Below, in pieces: positions 9,372-17,689 of a stretch of DNA of 64,000 nucleotides. The notes beneath the pieces are model-generated. The model was not told the DNA's origin. It worked only from the letters and a program-made list of their open reading frames with translations, and made no database searches. The translations under genes were made by a program, and so were the position numbers. The stretch comes from Candidatus Latescibacterota bacterium (lineage in GTDB: Bacteria > Latescibacterota > UBA2968 > UBA8231): assembly GCA_965248265.1 (NCBI GenBank), contig CBDFJF010000001.1, positions 1,408,001 through 1,472,000 on the forward strand, written 5' to 3'. Every line of letters starts with the position of its first letter. The stretch's first letter is position 1.

Positions 9372-11300
9372 TCACTCGTTCTCTTCAATCCACAGCACTC
9401 GGTTGATTTCGGAGCTGCCGGCGACGGTCTGTTTCTTGCCGTTGGCCCAGGTGACGTTGATGGAAGAAAATTCGCTGTTTTCACCCAGGCCGATGTAAAG
9501 TGGATAGTCACTTTGGGATAGGAAACCGGATTTGCCGTCGTAGACCCGGTGAAGTGTCTGCCCGTCAGGCAACAACACCTCAATCGTTGTGCCGACGCCA
9601 CTGCGATTATTCTTCACCCCTCTAAACCGCAACTTCAAATAGTTGATGCTCTTCTTCTGTGCCAGATCGCTTATGAGAATTTGTGGGCGAGAGTAATGCT
9701 CATTGGTCACGATATCGAGATCACCGTCATTGTCTATATCGAAAATCGCCGACGAACGTGAGCCGAGTGAACCAAAAACCTGAATAACACCGGTGCGCTT
9801 TTCGCTACAGTCGCGCTTTGAGTATTCGGTGGCACAATCTCTAGAAAAAATAGGTACCATTGTTTTCTCGTTCTCACGTGGTTCAATATTCAAAAGGCCA
9901 GCCACTTCGGTGAACTTCCTCCCGCCCTCATTGAGTCGCAGAGAATTTGGCCAGTATGACCATGGGTAGTTCATGCTGGAGGTGATAAAAACGTCCTCGA
10001 AGCCATCGGCATTGACATCTTCAACACTCACGCCCCATGGCCAGTAATTTTCCAAACCCAGGTCATCGGATTTTTCTTGATAAGTTATCCCGTCCGCACC
10101 CCGAGTACCCTGAAAGAGGGCGTTGCCCCAAATAATCTGCTTGTCTTTCAGCTTCATTGAGAGATGAGGGTTGAGCTCCTGCCCGGGCTCTTGCGCGGCA
10201 ACGACATCGGACTTCGTATTTCTTTGATCGGGGTGAAAATTGAAAATCATGTCGGCGTGCATATCAGTGACAAGCAGATCGAAGAGGCCATCATTGTTGT
10301 AGTCGAAGCTCTTGACCCCTTGTGAACCGTGCGGATTCTTCGGGAAATACTTCTGCGTCATGCGCTGAAAGGATTTACCCTCTTGATTGATGAAAACTGC
10401 GTCACCGCGATGCATGCTCAACACGTAAAGATCCATCCACCCGTCTTGATTGACGTCCATCGCGGTGGCATCTCCCGACCACATCCGATCGCTCAACCCC
10501 ACTTGTTCAGTGACATCCACGAATTGGCCATTGACGTTGCGGTAGAGCTTGTTGCTTTCATGAGTTCCCTCGTTCATATGGGCCATCGGTGCGTGGACGA
10601 TGGGTATGTAATACCCCTTTGCGCTTTTCTCACCAGAGAATTTGCCGGTATTTGTGACGTAGAGGTCGAGCCAACCATCGTCATCATAGTCAAAGAACAC
10701 GGGTCCTGATGAATGAAAGAGCGACTCCAACCCCACTGCTTGGGTAACGTCTTTGAACGTCCCATCGCCTTGATTGTCGAAGAAGATGTTTCCAATACGC
10801 GTGGTAGTGACGTACAGATCTGGATCGCCGTCATTGTCGTAATCGGCGAAGCCGGCGCTGGCGGCGACCTTGCCGTCGGTGCCCACACCGGCTGACTCTG
10901 TAACGTTCTGGAATTTTCCATCACCCAGGTTCCGCCACAGTTGGCTGCTGCCCATCTGAGTGACAAAGTAAATGTCGAGCCATCCATCGTTGTCGTAGTC
11001 AGCAATGGCGAGGCCGTTGTGGTGTCGATAGTAGAAAGCCTTCCCTTTGTCCTTATAGAGATCCATCATGGCCTGGTGCTTGAAATCTATGCCTGATTCC
11101 ACACGGCGGTCTTTGTACTCAAACCGGTTGTACACCAGTATTCTGTCGCGATTCTTGATCTGTTCCTTCTTGATTTCTTTGATCCACTGGTCGTCGTAAC
11201 CAAGGCCTTTGAATTCTTCTTTTTGTACATCTTGTACATCAGAGCATGCAGCGATGGCCGCGGTGGCCACCAATAGCGGAGTAAGAGGTTTTCTTGTCAT
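9372..11300 (-). CDS. CRTAC1 family protein (FG-GAP + ASPIC/UnbV), lipoprotein
   Basis: AIAAC lipobox; DYDNDGWLDIYF repeats; SGFLSQSDYPLYIGLG; visibly more AT- and Lys-rich than neighbours. Confidence 0.9.
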   Translation of the reverse strand: MTRKPLTPLLVATAAIAACSDVQDVQKEEFKGLGYDDQWIKEIKKEQIKNRDRILVYNRFEYKDRRVESGIDFKHQAMMDLYKDKGKAFYYRHHNGLAIADYDNDGWLDIYFVTQMGSSQLWRNLGDGKFQNVTESAGVGTDGKVAASAGFADYDNDGDPDLYVTTTRIGNIFFDNQGDGTFKDVTQAVGLESLFHSSGPVFFDYDDDGWLDLYVTNTGKFSGEKSAKGYYIPIVHAPMAHMNEGTHESNKLYRNVNGQFVDVTEQVGLSDRMWSGDATAMDVNQDGWMDLYVLSMHRGDAVFINQEGKSFQRMTQKYFPKNPHGSQGVKSFDYNNDGLFDLLVTDMHADMIFNFHPDQRNTKSDVVAAQEPGQELNPHLSMKLKDKQIIWGNALFQGTRGADGITYQEKSDDLGLENYWPWGVSVEDVNADGFEDVFITSSMNYPWSYWPNSLRLNEGGRKFTEVAGLLNIEPRENEKTMVPIFSRDCATEYSKRDCSEKRTGVIQVFGSLGSRSSAIFDIDNDGDLDIVTNEHYSRPQILISDLAQKKSINYLKLRFRGVKNNRSGVGTTIEVLLPDGQTLHRVYDGKSGFLSQSDYPLYIGLGENSEFSSINVTWANGKKQTVAGSSEINRVLWIEENE

Positions 11301-11375
11301 TGGAGTGACCTGTGTAAGAGGGCTGGTTCTCCCTATCTAGCGACGATCGGAGCCCACTGTCAAACGGAACTTTGC

Positions 11376-11404
11376 TTGACAATCTGGTGATACCGGGATA
11401 GCCT
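11376..11404 (+). promoter_or_regulatory. Sigma70-like promoter for the MFS gene
   Basis: TTGACA (11376-11381)-17 nt-TAGCCT (11399-11404). Confidence 0.55.
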
Positions 11405-11460
11405 TACGCCGCCGGGATAACCCGGCGGACTGGTGGTATCCCTCTCAGGAGCGATAGGAG

Positions 11461-12654
11461 ATGAACGAGAGCACGGAGACTGCGGCTCCCGGCGGTCTGT
11501 ATGTACTGATCGCCGGCTTTGCGCTGTTCGTGACAGCCCACACCATGCAGCTGAGCGTGGCCAGCCTCATCGGCGCCCAGTACGCGCCGGACAAGTCCAT
11601 GGCGACGCTGCCGCTGTTCACGGTGATGCTGGGCACGGCCCTGGCCACGATTCCAGCGTCCATGCTCATGAAGTACGTCACTCGTCGCGTCGGCTTCATG
11701 TGCGGGTCCGTGCTGGCTATTCTGGGCGGCGGCACCGCGGTCTATGCGGTCCGAGCGGAAAACTTCTGGCTCTTCATCATCGGCACCGGGCTCATCGGCA
11801 TGTTCAATGCCTTCTGCCAGCTCTACCGGTTCGCCGGGGCGGAGTTGGTTCCGCCCGAGCGCAAGGGCAAAGCCATTTCCTTCGTCCTGGCCGGCGGCAT
11901 CCTGGGGGGACTGCTGGGCCCCAATCTTGAGAGGCTGTCCAGGGGTTGGTTCGAGATCGACTTTATGGGCCCCTACGTCGTAATCGCCGGTCTGGGGTTC
12001 CTCACCATGTTCCTGATGAGCTTCCTTCACATGGGCAAACCGCCCGCCCAGCTGGAGGCACCCCCACAGCGATCCCTGGGAGAGATCGTCAGGCAACCGA
12101 CATTCATCGTGGCTGCGGTGAGCGCCACGGTTGCGTTCGGGGTTATGGCCAGTTTCATGGCGGGATCGCCGATGATCATCGAGAAGTTCCATCACAGCCA
12201 TCACCAGGCAACCTCCGCAATATCCATCCACACTATGTTGATGTACACCCCGGCCTTGTTCGTGGCCGCTCTGATCACTCGCTTCGGTGTCCTCAACATC
12301 ATCGGCATGGGCATCCTCTTCAAAACAGCCGGCTTCATCGTGCTCTATGCGGGCAAGAGCTATGCCCACTTCATGGGATTCATGATCCTGCTGGCACTGG
12401 GTTGGTCGTTCATGTTCATCGGCGGCACCGCCCTGGCCACACGCGCCTTCACCCCGGCGGAACGGCCCAAGACCCAGGCCCTGCACGACTGCATTCTATT
12501 CACATGGGTGGCGGTCTGCGCCCTATCGAGCGGCTGGATGGACCACAACTTCGGCACGGACGCCCTGCCGGTCGTGGCGATCGGTTTTCTGCTGCTGACG
12601 ACCCTGCTCATCTTGCTGTTCAGGAAACGGGTCGCGGCCGCGGCGACGACCTGA
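11461..12654 (+). CDS. MFS transporter
   Basis: About 12 hydrophobic segments; YRFAGAE, KAISFVLAGGILGGLLGP, LGWSFMFIGGT. Confidence 0.9.
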   Translation: MNESTETAAPGGLYVLIAGFALFVTAHTMQLSVASLIGAQYAPDKSMATLPLFTVMLGTALATIPASMLMKYVTRRVGFMCGSVLAILGGGTAVYAVRAENFWLFIIGTGLIGMFNAFCQLYRFAGAELVPPERKGKAISFVLAGGILGGLLGPNLERLSRGWFEIDFMGPYVVIAGLGFLTMFLMSFLHMGKPPAQLEAPPQRSLGEIVRQPTFIVAAVSATVAFGVMASFMAGSPMIIEKFHHSHHQATSAISIHTMLMYTPALFVAALITRFGVLNIIGMGILFKTAGFIVLYAGKSYAHFMGFMILLALGWSFMFIGGTALATRAFTPAERPKTQALHDCILFTWVAVCALSSGWMDHNFGTDALPVVAIGFLLLTTLLILLFRKRVAAAATT

Positions 12655-12663
12655 GCGAACGAT

Positions 12664-13953
12664 TCAACCTATGGTGCCGGGCGTGGATGGCCTGTCCCAC
12701 AGTGGATGATGCTGTGCGTCGCCGCTGACGCTGGCAGCCTGCAGCTGCTCCTCGCTGAAACGTGAGTGGAGGAAGGGTTCGACCGGCACCGGCGGTGTCG
12801 CGCCGACCATCAACGCGGTGAGCATCTCGGCCGTAATCGGCGCATTCAGGATGCCCGTCCTGAAATGCCCGGTAGCGTTGAGGTATCCGCCATAGCCGTC
12901 CACCGGCCCCAGAATGGGCAGCTCGTCCGGGCTGCCGGGACGAAACCCAGCCCACACACGCTTGACCCCCACATCGTTGAGGAAGGGTAGACAGCGCACC
13001 GCACCGCGCACCAGGTCGACGAGGGCGGAGGAGGTGACGCCGTATTCGAATCCGACGTCCTCGGTCGTGCTGCCGATGATGATCTCACCGTTGCCTTTCT
13101 GTGCGAGGTAGCAGTCGCTGGTGGAAATGCTGGCCCCCAACACGTCGGTGGGCAGCGTGTCGGTGCAGACGATCTGGCCGCGCACAGGGTGCACGGGAGT
13201 CCTCAAACCAATCGAGCGGGAGACCTGATCCGCCCAGGCGCCAGCCGCGTTCACTACCCAGTCAGCGTGCAGGCCACCGGCCGAGGTTTCTGCTCCTACC
13301 ACTCTCTCCCCTTGCAGGATCAGTTCGGTGACCTCGATATGGGTCAGGATCCTGGCCCCGAGTTTGCCGGCTCCAGCACGCAGGGCGTCGGCGAACTTGT
13401 ACGGGTTGAGCTGGTTGTCGTCGGCCATACGCAGGGCGCCGCGGTTGTCCCGGTTTATCGCCGGCTCCTGTGCCGCTAATTCGCTGGTCGAGACCAATTG
13501 CATCGACTTCGACGCGTTCTCGTTGGCGGATGTCAGAGTCTGCGCAAACAGCTCGTCCGCCTCGTCGAACATGACGAACAGCAGGGAGTTCTCCTCGTAC
13601 TCGATGTTGATGCCGGTGACCTGTTCGAGCTCTTGTGCCAGCGGTTTGAAGAGGGTGTTGCTTTGGAGAGAAAAATCCAGGAAGCACTGAGGCAGGGGAT
13701 CGAGCCCGTGAAGACCCTCGCGGTCAATCTTGCCCTCGGCGACGAGGGCTTTGAAGAAGATCACGCCGCATCCCAGTCCCATCGACTCGCCCACGGGCCA
13801 CAGGCCGCCAGCCGACGCGGCGGTGGCGCGGCCGCGCCTTGGTTGATCCACAAGCGTCACCGCCAATCCCCGACGGGCGGCATAGTACGCCACGGCACTA
13901 CCGATTACACCTCCTCCCACGACCAGGACGCTCGGCGAATCTGTCACAGCCAT
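12664..13953 (-). CDS. hcnC: Hydrogen cyanide synthase subunit C-like FAD oxidoreductase (DAO family)
   Basis: GGGVIG; ASAGGLWPVGESMGLGCGVIFF, TSDCYLAQKGNGEIIIGSTTED, RPGSPDELPILGP and GHFRTGIL closely match Pseudomonas HcnC as I recall it. Confidence 0.85.
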   Translation of the reverse strand: MAVTDSPSVLVVGGGVIGSAVAYYAARRGLAVTLVDQPRRGRATAASAGGLWPVGESMGLGCGVIFFKALVAEGKIDREGLHGLDPLPQCFLDFSLQSNTLFKPLAQELEQVTGINIEYEENSLLFVMFDEADELFAQTLTSANENASKSMQLVSTSELAAQEPAINRDNRGALRMADDNQLNPYKFADALRAGAGKLGARILTHIEVTELILQGERVVGAETSAGGLHADWVVNAAGAWADQVSRSIGLRTPVHPVRGQIVCTDTLPTDVLGASISTSDCYLAQKGNGEIIIGSTTEDVGFEYGVTSSALVDLVRGAVRCLPFLNDVGVKRVWAGFRPGSPDELPILGPVDGYGGYLNATGHFRTGILNAPITAEMLTALMVGATPPVPVEPFLHSRFSEEQLQAASVSGDAQHHPLWDRPSTPGTIG

Positions 13954-13969
13954 CCGCTACCTGATCCCC

Positions 13970-15769
13970 TCAATCCGCGGTGAGCTCGACCGGCGGCAGA
14001 TGACACCGGGCCAGGGCGCCCATGGTCACGGGCTTCACCGGGGGTTGCGGGTTGACGCGCCCGCAGGTTTCGGGGTGACAGGACAGCTTACCGCTCATGT
14101 ACAGGGCACAGGCAGGTCCGCAGTAGCGTCCCTGACAGGGCCCCATCCCCAGACGGGTCGCCAGTTTGACCGCCTGCAGATCCTGCGCGCCCATGGCCAT
14201 GGCCGTGTCCACGTCGCCACGTCTCGCCTCTTCGCAGCGGCACATCAGGGTCTCCTCGTCGGCCAGCATTGCTAGTCCCGGGCGCAGCCGGGACAGCTCG
14301 TCCAGATAGTGCCGGGGCCTAGTCAGCGAACGGAGCTTCTTCATCGGCTCCTTCAGGCGAGAGACGGTCTCCGCACGGGTCAGCGCGCCTAGTTGCTCGG
14401 CGGCGACGATGCCGGCCACGCGTCCCTCCTGTTCAGCGACCAGCGCGCCGGCAACCCCACTGCCGTCGCCGGCCGCCATGACTCCGGGCACACTCGTGCA
14501 CATATGCTCATCGGTGACGGGTACCCACCCGCCCAGGGCTTCGTCGTAGCGGTGCTGGCATCCAGCCAGGGTAGTGAGCTGGGTATTGGGCACGAAGCCG
14601 TAACCGACGACCAGCAGATCCACGTCAACGCGGCTGGCCTGATCGAAGTCGGGTGTCCAATCGTCGGTGTTGACCGGACCGTACTCGACGCTCGCGACCG
14701 CCTCGGTGCCATCGGCCCTGAAGACGACGTGGTTGTACAGCAGGGGGATCCGATGGCGGCGCAGGCCGGCGAAATAGCCCCAGGCATCTCTCATCAGGCT
14801 CCCGTGGCCGCGCAAGGCGGCAGCGGCCCTCATCTTGCCGGGTCGTCGCCCCGCCTCCAGGACGGCCACGACCTCCACACCGGACTCCGCCAGCTGGTTG
14901 GCGACGACCAGCAGCAGTGGTCCAGTCCCGGCAATCAGGGCGCGCTTGCCCGGACGGACCCCCATGGTCTTGACGAGGCTCTGCACACCGCCGGCCGTCA
15001 TCACCCCCGGCAACGTCCAGCCTGGAAACGCCACCGGTCGGTCGTAGGCTCCTGGGGCAATGATCAGCTTGCTCGCCTCCAGCAGCTGACAGTCGTCGTC
15101 ATGACCACACAGAGCCTGCAACCCGGGGCCGTTGTTCCACACTCCGAGCACGGCCGTGTTCGACATCACCTCCACCCGGCCGGCAAGTGCTTCGAATTCG
15201 CCACGCAGGGCCTCGCCTCTGATGAAATCCACGTTGGCACGGGGTTTATCGCCGGGGCTCCATTCGGCGGGCATGGACCGGTAGATCTGTCCGCCGAGCG
15301 CCGGGGCCTCGTCGATGAGAACACATTCATGCACACCGGACTTCGCCGCTTCCACGGCAGCACTCATGCCCGCCGGACCGCCACCGACGATGACGAGCTG
15401 ACTCTTTTGCCGCGGGCGGCTCTCCGCGGACGGAACGCCAACCCCGTCGCGGCTGCGATCGCCGAAATCCGCTGCCCAGTTGCCACTCGTGCGCAGGTTC
15501 ATGCCGTCGCGCACCGGCAGATTGCACGTGCGCACGTTGGGCCTGCCGTCCACGGTGAGGACGCACTCAAAGCAATTACCGATGCCGCAGTACGGGCCGC
15601 GAGTCTTACCGAGACGGCTCTTCCCGAAGGTCTGCACCCCGCCAGCCATGAGCGCGGCGGCGACGCTCTCACCGCTGTAGGCACGTATCGGCCTGTCGTC
15701 GAGATGGATCGTCATCTCGATGCCTCGCGCTGCGCTCCCGTGGATGCGGCTGTCTCGATCCTCATTCAC
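13970..15769 (-). CDS. hcnB: Fused HcnA (2Fe-2S) + HcnB (FAD/NAD oxidoreductase, BFD-like) protein
   Basis: N-terminal YCGIGNCFEC..RTC 2Fe-2S; GGGPAGMSAA, GGQIYR, PGWTLPGVMTAGG, AAGDG; C-terminal CRCEE..TRLGMGPCQGRYC; GTG start 15769 with GGGAG RBS. Confidence 0.8.
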   Translation of the reverse strand: MNEDRDSRIHGSAARGIEMTIHLDDRPIRAYSGESVAAALMAGGVQTFGKSRLGKTRGPYCGIGNCFECVLTVDGRPNVRTCNLPVRDGMNLRTSGNWAADFGDRSRDGVGVPSAESRPRQKSQLVIVGGGPAGMSAAVEAAKSGVHECVLIDEAPALGGQIYRSMPAEWSPGDKPRANVDFIRGEALRGEFEALAGRVEVMSNTAVLGVWNNGPGLQALCGHDDDCQLLEASKLIIAPGAYDRPVAFPGWTLPGVMTAGGVQSLVKTMGVRPGKRALIAGTGPLLLVVANQLAESGVEVVAVLEAGRRPGKMRAAAALRGHGSLMRDAWGYFAGLRRHRIPLLYNHVVFRADGTEAVASVEYGPVNTDDWTPDFDQASRVDVDLLVVGYGFVPNTQLTTLAGCQHRYDEALGGWVPVTDEHMCTSVPGVMAAGDGSGVAGALVAEQEGRVAGIVAAEQLGALTRAETVSRLKEPMKKLRSLTRPRHYLDELSRLRPGLAMLADEETLMCRCEEARRGDVDTAMAMGAQDLQAVKLATRLGMGPCQGRYCGPACALYMSGKLSCHPETCGRVNPQPPVKPVTMGALARCHLPPVELTAD

Positions 15770-15922
15770 AAGCGAAAAACTCCCACTGGTCGGTTGTGGC
15801 CGAATAGGTAGAAATGTACTCCATTCTCTTCCCGGAGACGTGGGTACGGCGGCCGTCGCCGAGGCTCGCCGCCTGGTTGCCGGTCGGACTGACAAACAGA
15901 TTCAATCTTTCTGGGGGACCGG

Positions 15923-17647
15923 TTACTCATCTCGGCTTCGCTCAGATCGTGTATTCTCTTTGATCACGGCCAGCGTCGCGGCCTGCCGCTCGACGTACGC
16001 CACTGGCCGGCCAGGAACGCGGCGATCCAGGTCCCAGCGGGTAAAGGAAATGATGAAGTCTGCGCGATCGGCTAACGACACGGGCACGAAGTTGTCCGGA
16101 AAATAGTAAGTGGCCGAACGCTCCGGCCCCACCGCCCATACGTTATACGTCTGGACCTGTGCAGCAGCTCCGTCCCGCTCGACGACGTATTCTCGCAGCC
16201 GTTCGACCGCTTCCTTGTAGGAATTGCCCCAGTAGTCCAGCTCGTAGCGCCCTTGGGCGCCCTCCACCCCCCCGACCAGCTCGTTGTAGTGGACGTACTG
16301 GTGTGGATGCAGCTGCACCATCCTATAAGCCTGAGGAGACAGCAGCAGGCAAACGGCGGCGGCGGCCAGGAGCTGGCGACGACGAGACCATGGCCGGCAC
16401 CAGCGCTCGAGCACTGCACTCCACCCTAAACCGCCAACCACGCATAGAGGCGGCACGACAAAGAGGAAATGCCGCATGGTGTCGTAGAGGACCGAGTTGA
16501 CGGCAACCACATAGCAGATGGGAAAGATCACGCTGAGCACCAGCAACGACACCCGGGCCGCATGTAACGGGTCGGCGCGCAATCGACCCCGAGCCAGACA
16601 GAGCATGGTGGCGGCCACCACCAGGCCGGCCAGCAGGGTCTCCGGCAACTTGACTACGAGATAATGCGGCAGGTACGTGGCCGGCAGGTCTTTGGCCTTC
16701 ACGTACTCTCCGCCGATGAGCACCTGATTGAGCAGGCCTTCATCGGTCACCTTGAAGTGCGACATGTAGGACAGGGCCTCGAAGGGTCGCAGCAACGGGC
16801 TCTGCTGCGCCCACGGCCAGAAAAGCAGCATCACGGCGTAGGCCATGACCGCAATGACCAGCAGCGACCGCACCAGACTTCGCAACCGCCGGGTCCCACT
16901 GACTCCCCGCACGCCAGGTCCGGGCACCAGCGAGCTCGGAAAAGCCAGGAAGAGAGCGGCTGCCAGCCCGAGATAGCCAAGCAGGACCAGTCCACCGATA
17001 CGCACCCCCAGTGTCAGGCCTATCGCCAACCCGAGTTTGAGCTGCAACCGGCCCGGTATGGTTGGCAGGTGGCCGAAGCTGCACATGAGATAGTAGACTG
17101 ACCAGGCGTAGCCGACGGCAAAGGGGATGTCTTTGGGATTGTTGAACATGTGGCCGAAATAGGAAGGCTCCAGCAGTAGCAGGGCGGTAGCCAACCAGGC
17201 CGCGCCTTCACCCCCCGCCAACCTGGCCATCTTCCAGACGGCGAGGATGCCGGCTAGGCCGACCAGAGCGTTGAACAAATGGCGCGTCTCGAATATCCCC
17301 AGAGGGGATACGCGCGCGAGGAGGGCAGCCACCGCATCGAATAACGCGCCGTAATAAAAGGCGTCGAGGTAGGCCAGCGCCGCGTGGTCAGCGAAGAAGG
17401 ATTCGTAGTATCGCAGGACATACTTGCCGTATTGGTGCTGGTTGGGCGCGTCCCAAGTGATCCCGTAGTCGCCGTGGAGACAGACCACGACGGCGATAGT
17501 TCCCAGCGCCAGCCCCGCGTGAAGATACCGATTCAAAGCCGCAGCGGAGACTCTATGAGCCTGCCCCGCAGCCCAAATGGGATACTCGGACAGGCTCCTA
17601 ACGAAACGGTTGATGGTATTGTCCCGGTTCTGGTTGAAACAGTGCAT
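15923..17647 (-). CDS. GT-C fold (ArnT/GT39-like) membrane glycosyltransferase
   Basis: DYGITWDAP, GHMFNNPKDIPFA, LYDTMRHFLF, YELDYWG; many TM helices; start uncertain. Confidence 0.75.
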   Translation of the reverse strand: MHCFNQNRDNTINRFVRSLSEYPIWAAGQAHRVSAAALNRYLHAGLALGTIAVVVCLHGDYGITWDAPNQHQYGKYVLRYYESFFADHAALAYLDAFYYGALFDAVAALLARVSPLGIFETRHLFNALVGLAGILAVWKMARLAGGEGAAWLATALLLLEPSYFGHMFNNPKDIPFAVGYAWSVYYLMCSFGHLPTIPGRLQLKLGLAIGLTLGVRIGGLVLLGYLGLAAALFLAFPSSLVPGPGVRGVSGTRRLRSLVRSLLVIAVMAYAVMLLFWPWAQQSPLLRPFEALSYMSHFKVTDEGLLNQVLIGGEYVKAKDLPATYLPHYLVVKLPETLLAGLVVAATMLCLARGRLRADPLHAARVSLLVLSVIFPICYVVAVNSVLYDTMRHFLFVVPPLCVVGGLGWSAVLERWCRPWSRRRQLLAAAAVCLLLSPQAYRMVQLHPHQYVHYNELVGGVEGAQGRYELDYWGNSYKEAVERLREYVVERDGAAAQVQTYNVWAVGPERSATYYFPDNFVPVSLADRADFIISFTRWDLDRRVPGRPVAYVERQAATLAVIKENTRSERSRDE

Positions 17648-17689
17648 GCTCCAATCGTATGATATGCTCGAAGTCGGTAGCCGATATCT

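Noticed and set aside
6071-11300. Enediyne or PKS biosynthetic cluster suggested by UnbV domains
   Set aside because: No PKS, thioesterase or other core genes in the window
12664-13953. Thiamine glycine oxidase thiO
   Set aside because: No thi genes nearby; HcnC-like insert and an HcnAB-like partner fit better
14393-15811. Long antisense ORFs (also 29156-30700, 34333-35934, 56794-58551, 6527-7624, 11404-12486, 21575-22639)
   Set aside because: Shadows of well-supported genes on the opposite strand, expected at high GC, with no motifs
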